From NCBI GenBank assembly GCA_016840165.1, contig JAEOSU010000051.1, positions 223,090 to 287,089 of the forward strand: 64,000 nt of DNA, read 5' to 3'. Under the pieces are notes generated by a model, which worked only from the letters and a program-made list of their open reading frames with translations, searched no databases and had not been told where the DNA came from. Shown here in pieces: positions 30,504 through 41,535 of this stretch; the first letter of the stretch is position 1; each line of letters opens with the position of its first letter. Position numbers and translations under genes: made by a program. The stretch is from Promethearchaeota archaeon. Lineage in GTDB: Archaea > Asgardarchaeota > Lokiarchaeia > Sigyniarchaeales > SOKP01.

Positions 30504-31043
30504 ATGACACCAGAAAGAATAAGACTTGAACAAGGGATGATTCAATGCTATTTTGGGCGAGGCAAGGGAAAAACCACTGCTGCCTTAGGACAAGGCTTAC
30601 GCGCAACAGGACATGGATTTAAAGTCTATATGATTCAGTTTATGAAAGGTTGGCATTATGGAGAGATTGAAGCTATTAAACTTATTCCGAATTTCAAGTT
30701 AGAACAGTTTGGCACCCCAGATTTAATCGCAGAACCGAAGAAAATAGATATCGAAGAGGGTAGGAAAGCATTGGATTTTGCTAAAAAGGTCATTATGAGT
30801 GATGAGTATGATATTATCATTCTTGATGAAATAGCAGTTGCGGTTGAGTATAATATCATTAAAGTTGAGGAAGTATTGGAGCTTTTAGATAATAAACCGG
30901 AAAAAGTAGAAATCATATTGACGGGAGGTCCAAAAATGCATCCTAAAATTAAGGAACGGGCTGATCTTCTTACTGAAATGCGTCTCATAAAGCATTATTA
31001 TGCATCTAAGGGAATAACTGCGAGAAAAGGAATTGAGTATTGA
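30504..31043 (+). CDS. cobO: Cob(I)alamin adenosyltransferase (CobO/BtuR)
   Basis: GRGKGKTTAALG, QFMKG, ILDE, ADLLTEM...KH...ARKGIEY. Confidence 0.92.
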   Translation: MTPERIRLEQGMIQCYFGRGKGKTTAALGQGLRATGHGFKVYMIQFMKGWHYGEIEAIKLIPNFKLEQFGTPDLIAEPKKIDIEEGRKALDFAKKVIMSDEYDIIILDEIAVAVEYNIIKVEEVLELLDNKPEKVEIILTGGPKMHPKIKERADLLTEMRLIKHYYASKGITARKGIEY

Positions 31044-31045
31044 AT

Positions 31046-33799
31046 TTATTCAAGGATTTTTAATTGATCTTTTAGTTGTTCAATTTTAACTTTTAAATCA
31101 CTGAGATTTTGCTTTTCCTTCTCAACTAATTCTTTTGGTGCTCTTTCTACAAACTGACTTTGGAGTTTCTTTTCGATACTTTTCATTTTCTTTGTTGTTT
31201 TTTCTAATGATGTCGTGACTCGTACTCTTTGCTTATCGAAATCTATCATTCCTTTAAGTGGAATGAAAGCAGGGATACCTCTCAGTACTATTCTTGCAGC
31301 TTGAGGTGGAGGCGTAATCTTAGATTCGATTTTAAATTTCTCCTTATCAATGTACGCCATTTTAATTAGTTCATTTTTGCATAATTCAAATAACTCCTTA
31401 TCTTTTTCTGCCTCAATATAGAGGGGAACTAAAGTTTTTAAGGGTATATCGAAATCATGTTTCATACGTCTTATTTCTCGGACATACTCTTCCATTAATG
31501 AAAAACTCTCTTCGATCTTTAAATCGATAAAATTTTGATCTGACTCTGGCCAAGGAGCATACATTATTGTAGGAACATTCTTAAAGTTTGCTGGAAGAGC
31601 TTGCCATAACTCTTCTGTGACAAATGGCATAACTGGATGAATTAATCTTAAAACTGTTTCTAATACATGAACTAATATTGATTTATGGATATATTGATTC
31701 GTATATTGATCGTTGTAGAGAAAATTTTTGCTCATTTCAATATACCAATCGCAAAACTCACTCCAGAAAAATGATTTAATCTCTCTTGTCATTTGTAAAT
31801 AATCATAATTATCCATATATTCTTGAACAAGTTCAATAACTGAATTTAAACGTGAAAGAATCCATTTATCAGGAAACTTCAATTCGTTTAAATCAAGCTC
31901 GTTTAGTTTGGGAATACTCTTATCTGAACTAATGCTACTTAACACAAATCTAGATGCTTGCCATATTTTGTTGCAATACTTATGGGCTACATCAATATTT
32001 TTTGGATCCAAGTTAGTGTCCAAACCAGGAACACTATTGGAAATAAGAACATACCGAAGAGAATCTGCACCACACTCCTTAATAATTAGCAATGGATCGT
32101 AATCATCAACATTTTTCATGGATTTACTGATTTTTTTACCTTTTGCATCTCTGATTAACCCATGCAGGTAGACCATATGATAAGGAACTTTACCTGTTAG
32201 TTCAATGCTCATCATCATCTCACGTGCAACCCAAAAGAAGAGAATATCATAGCCAGTCTCTCTGGTATCAGTGGGAAAAAATCGTTTAAAATCAGGATTC
32301 TGTATATTTGGCCAACCTAGTGTTGAAAAAGGCCATAATGCGCTAGAAAACCAAGTGTCCAAAACATCATCATCTTGATGCACTTTAGAACTTCCACATT
32401 CAGGACAGTTCTTAAGATCTTCGATATCCGGTTCTGGACAAATTTCTGCAGAACAATCATCGCAATACCATACCGGAATTCTGTGACCCCACCACAATTG
32501 GCGTGAGATACACCAATCATGGATGTTTTCCATCCATTGAAAATATCTTTGCTCCTCTCTTAAGGGAATTATCTTAGTCTGACCATTCTGTACTTTCTCC
32601 ATCGCCGCTTTAGCAAGATTTTTGGTTTTAACAAACCATTGAATAGAAAGGCGAGGCTCAATAATAGCATGACAACGTTGACAATGTGCTATAGAATGAG
32701 TATAAGGTTCAGTTTTTTCTAATAATCCCTCTTTCTTTAGATCTTTGATAATAAGCTCTCGACATTCATATCTATCTAGTCCTGTATAAGATTCAACGAA
32801 ACCAGGAAGAATTTCAGCGTTCTCGTTAAAAATATTTATAAATTCCAGATTATGACGTTTTCCAATTTCAAAATCAGTAGGATCATGAGCTGGGGTAATT
32901 TTTAAAGCACCAGTACCAAATTCGGGGTCAACTAGCTCATCTATGATAATAGGAATTTTTCGGCTAACTCCAGGCAAGACCGCAAACTTACCAATGTATT
33001 TTGAATACTCCGGATGAGATTCTATTGTGGCAACAGCGCTATCTCCTAATAAAGTTTCAGGTCGAGTTGTTGCTACAGTGATAAATTCATTTGCTTCTGC
33101 AGCCCATTTACCACTTGACCAAGGATGGCTAGGACCTTTCCATGAATCAGTAATAATTGGATACTTTATATACCATAATGAACTCTGTTTTTCCTCTGAT
33201 TCAGTTTCAAGATCAGATATAGCTGACTCACATCTTCCAGGACACCAATTTACTAAATATTCTCCTCGATAAATTAAACCCTTATGATATAATCGATAGA
33301 AAGCTTCACGTACGGCTCTTGATAAGTCTGGATCTAATGTAAAGTGCTCGCGAGTCCAATCAGCGCTAATTCCTAAGCTTTTTGATTGTTCTGTGATTCT
33401 AGCATGATAGATATCTTTCCATTCCCAAACTTTTTCAACAAATTTCTCTCGCCCAATTTCCTTGCGTTTAATGCTTTGCTTTAACAATTCGCGCTCAACA
33501 ACGTTTTGAGTAGCTATGCCAGCATGATCTGTTCCCGGAATATAAAGAGTTTCTTTTTGGCGCATTCTCTCATACCTGGTCATCAAATCTTCAATTGAAA
33601 TGACAATGGCATGCCCTAAATGAAGCTGGCCAGTGACGTTTGGTAAAGGAATGGTAATACAAAACCTCTTAGAATTTGAATCTGTTATACCAAGTTCCTT
33701 AGACTTTTCTGGTCTAAAGAAACCTTCTTTTTCCCACCATTCATATAAATCCTTTTCGATCTTACGATGATCGTAAGTTTTGTCTAATTCCTTCATCAT
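31046..33799 (-). CDS. valS: Valyl-tRNA synthetase with C-terminal coiled-coil arm
   Basis: PNVTGQLHLGHA (HIGH), DHAGIATQ, ATTRPET, DWCISRQLWWGHRIP, DVLDTWFSS, KISKS (KMSKS). Confidence 0.96.
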   Translation of the reverse strand: MMKELDKTYDHRKIEKDLYEWWEKEGFFRPEKSKELGITDSNSKRFCITIPLPNVTGQLHLGHAIVISIEDLMTRYERMRQKETLYIPGTDHAGIATQNVVERELLKQSIKRKEIGREKFVEKVWEWKDIYHARITEQSKSLGISADWTREHFTLDPDLSRAVREAFYRLYHKGLIYRGEYLVNWCPGRCESAISDLETESEEKQSSLWYIKYPIITDSWKGPSHPWSSGKWAAEANEFITVATTRPETLLGDSAVATIESHPEYSKYIGKFAVLPGVSRKIPIIIDELVDPEFGTGALKITPAHDPTDFEIGKRHNLEFINIFNENAEILPGFVESYTGLDRYECRELIIKDLKKEGLLEKTEPYTHSIAHCQRCHAIIEPRLSIQWFVKTKNLAKAAMEKVQNGQTKIIPLREEQRYFQWMENIHDWCISRQLWWGHRIPVWYCDDCSAEICPEPDIEDLKNCPECGSSKVHQDDDVLDTWFSSALWPFSTLGWPNIQNPDFKRFFPTDTRETGYDILFFWVAREMMMSIELTGKVPYHMVYLHGLIRDAKGKKISKSMKNVDDYDPLLIIKECGADSLRYVLISNSVPGLDTNLDPKNIDVAHKYCNKIWQASRFVLSSISSDKSIPKLNELDLNELKFPDKWILSRLNSVIELVQEYMDNYDYLQMTREIKSFFWSEFCDWYIEMSKNFLYNDQYTNQYIHKSILVHVLETVLRLIHPVMPFVTEELWQALPANFKNVPTIMYAPWPESDQNFIDLKIEESFSLMEEYVREIRRMKHDFDIPLKTLVPLYIEAEKDKELFELCKNELIKMAYIDKEKFKIESKITPPPQAARIVLRGIPAFIPLKGMIDFDKQRVRVTTSLEKTTKKMKSIEKKLQSQFVERAPKELVEKEKQNLSDLKVKIEQLKDQLKILE

Positions 33800-33907
33800 T
33801 GTTAATCATCGAATAAATATAATAAATTTCATAAATCTCTTAAAATTTGGCATCGCCAATTAATGATTTGAAATAATTGGGCTAATTAATAATAAAAAGA
33901 AAAAAAA

Positions 33908-34339
33908 TTACATAAATACTATCGTTCCCTCTCCAGAGGTCACTACTTCATCTTTCTGATTCTTCACTATCGTATCACATATGATAAATTTTAGTTTACC
34001 TTCCTTTTTAGTAAACTTTTCTTTCACGGTAGCAACTGCAGTAAGAGTATCTCCAAAATAGACTGGTTTGATAAACTTTACCGTTTGTCCTCCATATAAT
34101 ATTCCTGGACCAAAGAGTTTAATACCTAAAACTGCTGAAATCAAACCAGAACTTAAAGCGCCATGGGCAACCTGTTTACCGAACATTTGAGTTTTAGCAT
34201 ACTCGGGGTTAACATGGATTGGATTATAATCTCCAGTCACTTCCGCAAATTTCATTACATCTTCTTCGGTTATGGTCTTTGTAAAGGTAGCGGAATCTCC
34301 AACCTTATAATCTTCATATTTTACGGGTTCTAAAGACAT
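33908..34339 (-). CDS. MaoC-like (R)-enoyl-CoA hydratase
   Basis: FAEVTGDYNPIH...FG..AHG hot-dog hydratase motif. Confidence 0.88.
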   Translation of the reverse strand: MSLEPVKYEDYKVGDSATFTKTITEEDVMKFAEVTGDYNPIHVNPEYAKTQMFGKQVAHGALSSGLISAVLGIKLFGPGILYGGQTVKFIKPVYFGDTLTAVATVKEKFTKKEGKLKFIICDTIVKNQKDEVVTSGEGTIVFM

Positions 34340-34454
34340 AAATTCTATTAATGCACATAGAGATAAAAATATTCACTTATCCATTGCTGAACCATAAGCT
34401 TCTTGAGATATGAAAAATTTTTTTCTTCTTACTTGAAATAATTAATGATTTCTC

Positions 34455-35663
34455 TTGGTTGACATAAAAAAAAAGAATTTAACCGCCATTAGTATAACTA
34501 AAGTAATTCATGGCTTCGGAATTGCGATGTTTAATGTCATTTATCAACCTTTTATTTTAGATATTACAAAATCTCTCTTTTTTACAGGCATAATAGTATC
34601 AATTGGGAGTATTATGCAGTTTTTGCCCATGCCCTTGGTGGGAAGACTATCTGATAAGCTAGGCCATAAGAATACTCTTATTTTGAGCATACCAGTATGG
34701 ATTTTAGGATTATTATCATTAGTTTTTGTGAATTCTAATGTGCTATATTTATTGGTGTTTGGAATTGCGATGTATTTCTTAGGAATTACGTTAAATAATA
34801 TAAACGCTCAATTTTTAGTCTCATTGAATAGTGGGAATTCAAAAGGATTAATGTACGGTTTAGTATTCACAAGTTATTTTATTGGTTCGATAGCCGGTAA
34901 TTCATTTGTGATAGTTGGAACTGGATTAGACACTCAATTCTATTTTATATTATTTATAATAATGCTCGCAATAGAGGGGATTATCATATTTTTTTTTATT
35001 TCAAATGACACTCCACAGATAAAAGCAATATCTCAAGAAAAAATCGAAATGAAAAATGAAGAAGGTAAGATGTGGTTAAAGTTTGTAAAGAATCGAAGGA
35101 TGAGAGCAATATTAATATTCTTTACTTTAGATATATTCATATATGGGATATCTTTATCAATTTATAATGGTGGGTTAAATGATTATTATCATTTAACCAC
35201 AGATCAAATCTCATCCATCGTAATTTGGATGAATATTACGAATATGATCTTTCAAATTCCTGCGGGAAGAATCACCGATAAACTAGGAAAAATGAAATCC
35301 CTCATATTGAGTGAATTTTTTGGTTTTGGCTTTTTTGCATTCAATATAGCCGCAGCAATCCTCTGGGAGAACTTAATCACAGAACCCTTAATTCCCTTAT
35401 TAATTTTTGGGCATATCTTATTTGCATTATCAATAGTTTTATTTATTCCATCTGAACAAATTATCCTTACAGATCTTGGCAAAAATAAGAAAGCAGAATC
35501 ATATGGCGTCGTAGCATTCGTAAGAGGAATAGGATTTATTCCTACGGGGATAATAGGGGGGATTTTGATCGAAAATGTTAGCTACATAGCCCCTTTTATA
35601 CTAACTTCTATTGGTATTATAATTGAAATTTGGTTTTTATTAAAATTTTTCAAGCATGAATAA
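34455..35663 (+). CDS. MFS transporter
   Basis: About 12 TM helices; GRLSDKLG and GRITDKLG motif A copies. Confidence 0.85.
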   Translation: MVDIKKKNLTAISITKVIHGFGIAMFNVIYQPFILDITKSLFFTGIIVSIGSIMQFLPMPLVGRLSDKLGHKNTLILSIPVWILGLLSLVFVNSNVLYLLVFGIAMYFLGITLNNINAQFLVSLNSGNSKGLMYGLVFTSYFIGSIAGNSFVIVGTGLDTQFYFILFIIMLAIEGIIIFFFISNDTPQIKAISQEKIEMKNEEGKMWLKFVKNRRMRAILIFFTLDIFIYGISLSIYNGGLNDYYHLTTDQISSIVIWMNITNMIFQIPAGRITDKLGKMKSLILSEFFGFGFFAFNIAAAILWENLITEPLIPLLIFGHILFALSIVLFIPSEQIILTDLGKNKKAESYGVVAFVRGIGFIPTGIIGGILIENVSYIAPFILTSIGIIIEIWFLLKFFKHE

Positions 35664-35775
35664 CATGAAAAATTCCAACTATACAAAAAATTAGAAAGAA
35701 TAAGAATTAAAAAAATTCAACAATTCTAAGAATTAATTTCAAAAAAATAATTTAAACTAATTATAGGTTAAAAAA

Positions 35776-37035
35776 ATGACAAAACTAGCTAGAAAAGTAG
35801 CTTTAGTGGGAGCTGGAATGTCTAAATTTGGAAATCATTTTCCAGTCAAACGAAATCCCGATCTATGGATTGATGCTTGGCTTAATGCTAGTGAAAGCGT
35901 GGATAATGGAATTGAACCAAAAGATATCGATGCTTGTTATGTTGGGAATTATTCGAGCGATTTATTTAATCATCAAGGACATTTAGGTCCCCAGATGGCT
36001 AATTTAGTTGGATTAACTCCAAAACCTGCACCAAGGTTCGAAGGTGCTTGTGCCAGTAGTGGTATAGCTTTAAGGCAAGCCATAATTGCTATTGCTGCAG
36101 GAATCCATGATGTTGTAGTAGTATGTGGAGTAGAATGTATGACGGAACTACCTACAGCAGGAGTTACAGATGTATTAGCAACCGCATCTGACAGTTTATT
36201 TGAGTTTCCTGCGGGAGCTACCTTTCCAGGATTATATGGAACTTTGGCTTCCGCACATTTCAAGAAGTATGGAACTACTGTAGAAGATTTAATGAGAGTT
36301 GGCATTAAAAATCATGAGAATGGAGCAGAAAATCCTTACGCACAGATGCAGCAATCCATTAAAGATATGATGGCAAGTAAAAAGAAAAGATATGAACAAC
36401 AGGGTAGGGAAGTTCCTGATTGGTCCGATGAATTTGACTTTCTTAAAAGTTCAGCGAACCCAATTATTGCGTATCCATTGAGGCTTTTCGATTGTTCATT
36501 GATTACAGATGGCGCAGCATGTTTATTCTTAACATCAGGCGATAAAGCAAAGCAATTCACAGATACTCCTATATGGATTACTGGAACAGGGCAAGGAAGC
36601 GCTGCTCTTTCATTGCATGACAGAGATAATTTAACTTCATTCGTAGCCGCGAGAGAAGCTTCAAGACAAGCATACGAGATGTCAGGATTGAAACCAAAGG
36701 ACATACAAATAGCGGAGGTCCATGATTGTTTTACTATCGCAGAAATAGTAGCAATGGAGGATTTAGGATTCTATGAAAAAGGGAAAGCTGTTGAGGCTAT
36801 CAGGAATGGAGAAACTAAAAGAGATGGATCCCTTCCAATTAACACATCGGGTGGACTTAAAAGTAAAGGTCATCCAGTTGGAGCAAGTGGAGCGGCAATG
36901 CCCGTTGAAACCTTTAAACAAATGCGGGGTATCGCGGAACGAAATAGACAAGTGAAATTCGATGTTGAGCGTGCTCTTACCCATAATCTGGGAGGAAGTG
37001 GAGGAACCTGCGTAGTAACCATATATGAAAAATAA
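35776..37035 (+). CDS. Thiolase (archaeal/SCP2-type acetyl-CoA acyltransferase)
   Basis: EGACASSG, DCSLITDGAA, EVHDCF, KGHPVGASG, HNLGG. Confidence 0.92.
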   Translation: MTKLARKVALVGAGMSKFGNHFPVKRNPDLWIDAWLNASESVDNGIEPKDIDACYVGNYSSDLFNHQGHLGPQMANLVGLTPKPAPRFEGACASSGIALRQAIIAIAAGIHDVVVVCGVECMTELPTAGVTDVLATASDSLFEFPAGATFPGLYGTLASAHFKKYGTTVEDLMRVGIKNHENGAENPYAQMQQSIKDMMASKKKRYEQQGREVPDWSDEFDFLKSSANPIIAYPLRLFDCSLITDGAACLFLTSGDKAKQFTDTPIWITGTGQGSAALSLHDRDNLTSFVAAREASRQAYEMSGLKPKDIQIAEVHDCFTIAEIVAMEDLGFYEKGKAVEAIRNGETKRDGSLPINTSGGLKSKGHPVGASGAAMPVETFKQMRGIAERNRQVKFDVERALTHNLGGSGGTCVVTIYEK

Positions 37036-37051
37036 AGGTGGTAAAGGAAAA

Positions 37052-37474
37052 ATGTCAGATATAGATAAAGAATTTACAATACAAAATTATTTGGAATTCT
37101 TACAAAATAAGAAATTAATGGGTTCAAAATGTAAGGACTGTGGTACTTTATATACTCCTGTGAGAAAACTATGCCCAAAATGCAATACAGCTAATATGGA
37201 ATGGATGGAAATGTCTGGAGAAGGCGAATTGGCCGCTTTTACAAGCATAACTGTCGGAACACCTTATTTCATTCAAAAAGGATATGACAGAAACAATCCC
37301 TATTGTTTTTCAATAATTAAACTTAAAGAAGGGTCTATGGTATCCGCTCAACTTGTTGGAGTTGATGAGAAAAATCCAGAAACAATTAAAATTGGTATGC
37401 CGGTAAAGGTTAAATTCTTGGAAACTGAAATCAAAGGAGAAACCAAAATAGATTTAGGGTTTGAACCCGCTTAA
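37052..37474 (+). CDS. DUF35 Zn-ribbon/OB-fold thiolase partner
   Basis: CKDCG...CPKC followed by OB fold (IGMPV); start reassigned to MSDID. Confidence 0.88.
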   Translation: MSDIDKEFTIQNYLEFLQNKKLMGSKCKDCGTLYTPVRKLCPKCNTANMEWMEMSGEGELAAFTSITVGTPYFIQKGYDRNNPYCFSIIKLKEGSMVSAQLVGVDEKNPETIKIGMPVKVKFLETEIKGETKIDLGFEPA

Positions 37475-37550
37475 ATTATAAAATCTTATTTTTTATTTTT
37501 CATTTAAACATTTTAGTGATATGTTTTTCGAAGTTTATTGGTGAGTTAAA

Positions 37551-38702
37551 GTTAAACCACGATTTAAAGCGATCATAATTGTATTTATTATCCTTGTAAT
37601 ATCATTACCTCTTACATTTCCACTCTTTTTGTTATTTGGTAATAATCTTCATAATATTGATGTCACACTGCAATTTAATGCTACTAATGCTTATACTTTT
37701 GTTGAAGATCAACTCAATATTAATACAACTCATTATAGGATACCAGGTTCCCAAGGTAGAGAAGAATGCGCAGAATATTTTATTGATAAATTTCAAAATA
37801 TAGCGATTAATTTTACTTATATTGTACATAATTTCACAGTTCAATCAATTGAATGTCAAAATGTATTATTCAAACTTAACGAACACTTAGACAAAATCGT
37901 TATTTTAGGAGCTCATTATGACTCTCGAGCACGAGCAACAAAAGATCCAGATGAACTTAAGAGGGATGATCCTGTACCCGGTGCGAATGATGGTGCTAGT
38001 GGATGTGCTGTATTAATTGATCTAGCAAGAATCTTCTATGCTCTAAGAGAGAATTTAACATGCCAGTTTTGGTTTCTATTTTTTGATGCAGAAGATCAAG
38101 GATATGATTATGGACCTGGGATTAGTGGATGGGATTGGTGTGAAGGCTCTGATAAATTCGTGGAAGATATAGAAGACTTTTACAACTCGTCATCTGAATC
38201 ATTTGATGCGATGATTTTACTGGATATGGTTGGAGGTGTCAATTTACAGTTTATCAATGAACAAGACTCCACATCCTCACTTCTTGACGAGATATTTGAA
38301 ATTGGACGTCAATTAGGCTATACTTCTCAATTTCCCAGCAGTCCCGTAGTAAAATCTATTAGAGATGATCATCTTGCCTTCATCAATTATGGCATTCCCT
38401 CAGCGGATTTGATCATTAACTTTTGGAATAATCCGGCTTGGCCTTACCATCATACGGTTAATGATGACCTTAATGCGATATCAGTAGGTAGTCTTGAAAT
38501 AACCGGTAAGACTATTGAACAATTCGTATATAATAATTATTTAAATAGTAGCAATTTCTATTCTGGAAATTATCCGTGGCTCGATGATATCAATCTTCTT
38601 GACACAGAAATAGTAACTCTTATACTAGTCATAAGTTTAATAATTGCTGGTATTTTTGTCTTCTTTTTCATCAATAGAGCTCGAATCAAAAAGAGAGAAT
38701 AA
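37551..38702 (+). CDS. M28-family peptidase / glutaminyl-cyclase-like, membrane anchored; start uncertain
   Basis: GAHYDSR, PGANDGASG, FDAED, LLDMVG, DDH, HHT..D. Frame is open from 37545 and encodes a signal-peptide-like segment upstream of the TTG at 37629. Confidence 0.82.
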   Translation, partial: VKPRFKAIIIVFIILVISLPLTFPLFLLFGNNLHNIDVTLQFNATNAYTFVEDQLNINTTHYRIPGSQGREECAEYFIDKFQNIAINFTYIVHNFTVQSIECQNVLFKLNEHLDKIVILGAHYDSRARATKDPDELKRDDPVPGANDGASGCAVLIDLARIFYALRENLTCQFWFLFFDAEDQGYDYGPGISGWDWCEGSDKFVEDIEDFYNSSSESFDAMILLDMVGGVNLQFINEQDSTSSLLDEIFEIGRQLGYTSQFPSSPVVKSIRDDHLAFINYGIPSADLIINFWNNPAWPYHHTVNDDLNAISVGSLEITGKTIEQFVYNNYLNSSNFYSGNYPWLDDINLLDTEIVTLILVISLIIAGIFVFFFINRARIKKRE

Positions 38703-38795
38703 ATCAGTCATAATTGTTATTAGGCTTTCTTTTCGGCTAATAATGCTCTGTTTTTTGTATCATGGCATAAGATCTGAAAAAAGGAGAGTTTGAAT

Positions 38796-39758
38796 TTAGT
38801 GGGTACATTCCCACATATAGTGTCCATACTTTTCTTTAAACTCTTCTGCGAATTCATTTATTTTTGGACGTATAAATTCATAACCCGCTTCGATGCATTC
38901 ATAAGTCACAGGAAGTAACCCTAATACTTCACCATCAACTTGGCAATAATATGGATCTTGTTCACTGTTTCTCATTTCTATTCTTACCTTTTTGCTCTGG
39001 TATTCCTTAACATCGGGATGCGGCAGAAGGGAAGCACTATACATTCTTCTAAATTGTCTTGCTAACTTTACCTTATCAATATTTACAATACTGATATCAA
39101 AGAGGCCATCTTCAATACTAGCTCTTTGACAAATAAACATACCGCCCCCATAAGCTCCAGAAAGTCCAACAGCAGCAAGATTTGCCTCACCCTCATAAAT
39201 ATCATTATCCATTTTAACAATAATCTCTTGATTTTCCCATTCTCGTAATAAGTTTAGAATAATCATATTGTAATCCTTTTCTTTATCTTCATTTGATCTG
39301 CGAGCAACTTCACTATCGAATCCTTGAGATCCAATACCTAAAAAGTAACGCTCCGTTTCATCATCTCTTTTGGCATACCCAACATCGCAATTACTAGAAT
39401 AACCCTCAGAAATGATTTCACAGGCCCGTTTGATATCTGCTCTATAACCTATTGCTGCAGGGATATCATTCCCCGATCCCATTGGAACAAACCCTACAAG
39501 GGCATTGCTATTTGAAATAATAGTTCCATGCATTACTTCATTACATGTACCATCACCTCCAGCACCTATAATTCGTCCATATCCCTCTTTCGCTAATTGA
39601 GTTGCAAGTTCAATGGCATGCTGGGCATGTTCTGTTTCAAAGAGCTTATAAGATACCTTTAAATCATCTAAACATTTACACATATATTCTATATCTTTTT
39701 TGGTCTGTTCTGCTTCTCCAGCAGTAGGATTATAAATTATTGCATGATCAGCACTCAT
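38796..39758 (-). CDS. Diacylglycerol kinase family (YegS/DgkB-like) lipid kinase
   Basis: IYNPTAG, GGDGT, PMGSGND, GFDSEV, VDGE. Confidence 0.9.
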   Translation of the reverse strand: MSADHAIIYNPTAGEAEQTKKDIEYMCKCLDDLKVSYKLFETEHAQHAIELATQLAKEGYGRIIGAGGDGTCNEVMHGTIISNSNALVGFVPMGSGNDIPAAIGYRADIKRACEIISEGYSSNCDVGYAKRDDETERYFLGIGSQGFDSEVARRSNEDKEKDYNMIILNLLREWENQEIIVKMDNDIYEGEANLAAVGLSGAYGGGMFICQRASIEDGLFDISIVNIDKVKLARQFRRMYSASLLPHPDVKEYQSKKVRIEMRNSEQDPYYCQVDGEVLGLLPVTYECIEAGYEFIRPKINEFAEEFKEKYGHYMWECTH

Positions 39759-39915
39759 TATTATCACATTTATTTTTTTTTTGCAAAAAGTAGTACTTCT
39801 TATTTTATAATATTTTAAACTATGATCTATTTAAAAGTTAATTAATGAATAGAAATGAGTCCTTAACTTAAATCACAATACATATGGCACAGATGTTAAA
39901 AAAAAATCTTACTTT

Positions 39916-40434
39916 TTAACATTCATGCCAAATACAACCGCAGCTATCGCAACTATATTTCTTTCCATAAATCTTTGGATAATGACTAATAATATAATGT
40001 TTATCTATGGATTCATGGATCTTAAAAAACCTATCATCATTTCCACAAATTGGACAGATCCTTCTGCCTTGTGTTTTCGGAACTGTTAAAATTTCACCAC
40101 TATGCCGAAATAAGCTCTGTTCTGTAATAGTATTGATCATGCTTCTTCTTTTCAAAAAGTTATTGATGACAGGCTTGATTTCATCATCAATAGTTACTTC
40201 GTCAGTTTTCACTGAGTCTTGTTCATCTTCAAATGAATTTTCCTCGAGAATTTTTAAATAACTTTTTGCTATTGGTATTATTTCCATTTTCTTTGGTAAA
40301 CGATGATATTTCTTTTGAAAATTCTCCAAAAAGTCTTCAACAAAAGCCTTTTCAATTGAACAACCTTCTTTCTCAATTTCTTTGACGATATCGCCCACTA
40401 TATATTCTTTCAAAAAAGGATCTTCCATATACAA
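39916..40434 (-). CDS. Hypothetical protein with C-terminal Zn ribbon
   Basis: CPICG ... CDSCG. Confidence 0.65.
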   Translation of the reverse strand: MYMEDPFLKEYIVGDIVKEIEKEGCSIEKAFVEDFLENFQKKYHRLPKKMEIIPIAKSYLKILEENSFEDEQDSVKTDEVTIDDEIKPVINNFLKRRSMINTITEQSLFRHSGEILTVPKTQGRRICPICGNDDRFFKIHESIDKHYIISHYPKIYGKKYSCDSCGCIWHEC

Positions 40435-40522
40435 GAGGTTTCCCTTACCCTAATAATATTAATGAATATGATAATATTTGGTTATCAATAGTTTTTCATT
40501 AAGAATCAATACTATAAAATAC

Positions 40523-40542
40523 TTTCCCAATTTCATGGGAAA
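40523..40542. promoter_or_regulatory. Inverted repeat TTTCCCA-N6-TGGGAAA beside a TATA-like box upstream of 39916-40434
   Basis: Seen directly; regulatory role is inferred. Confidence 0.25.
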
Positions 40543-40890
40543 TATACTTTGAATATTTCTTAAAATACTCGCGTTTATTCTATTAAATCGTAAAAAGTTA
40601 TATCTTATTTAGCAATGATCTCCTCTCTAATTAATCACATTTTAATAAATTCTCATTTATTAATTGCTATAAAAAATTATTCCACGGATTAATTTACTCT
40701 CATTTTGCGAAAGAGAGAATAAAATCCGAATCCTTAAAAATTGAGTAAACCCTCAACCATTGTTTTCTTAGAGAAATTATAATAACTATAGAATATCTAA
40801 CAACTAAATTATTGTCCTTTATTAATATTGGCTAATATTTATATTGATTTTGTTATTTATTTAGTCAAAGTAAAGAAGATTAAACAGATT

Positions 40891-41535
40891 ATGAAAAATA
40901 ATCACAATAACAAAAGTGAAAAGGAAGAGGAGAAGCCTAAAAGTAAAAAGAGAATAATTATTGCTGTAGTAACTATAGCTTTCGCGTTTTTTGGCTCTTT
41001 CTTCGCTTTTTTTATAATGCAAATAACATTAAATACTGAAACGCCTGTTGTAGTTGTTGAAAGTGGTTCGATGGAACCTACTATATATCGAGGAGACTTA
41101 TTAATCGTTAGAGGTATTCCAGCAAGTGAGATACGTAATGGAACAATAGAGGATATGGATGGTGACATCATAGTTTTTGATGCCCAAGGGGTTTGGTCAA
41201 ATCCACCCGCCGAACCAATAGTTCATAGGGTGGTTGATAAAAAGTTTGAAGACGGGATCTGGCAATTTAGGACTAAAGGCGATAACAACTTATTAACAGA
41301 TCAAGGATGGGTTCCTGAAGACAATATCTTTGGTGTTGTGGTTTTTAAAATACCATGGTTAGGTTGGGTTAAGATTTTTTTAACAGAGTCAGGTTTATTG
41401 ATACCTCTATTGATAATAATATCTGCTTTACTTATTATAAGCATTATTTATGATATTTATAAAAAATATGAAAAGGAAGACAAGGATAAAGTTAGTTCTG
41501 AAGCATCCAAGAATCCAAATACTGGTTTAGATTAA
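40891..41535 (+). CDS. sec11: Signal peptidase I, archaeal/ER (Sec11) type
   Basis: PVVVVESGSMEP..YRGDLL, PIVHRV, TKGDNN, IPWLGW; ATG at 40891. Confidence 0.9.
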   Translation: MKNNHNNKSEKEEEKPKSKKRIIIAVVTIAFAFFGSFFAFFIMQITLNTETPVVVVESGSMEPTIYRGDLLIVRGIPASEIRNGTIEDMDGDIIVFDAQGVWSNPPAEPIVHRVVDKKFEDGIWQFRTKGDNNLLTDQGWVPEDNIFGVVVFKIPWLGWVKIFLTESGLLIPLLIIISALLIISIIYDIYKKYEKEDKDKVSSEASKNPNTGLD

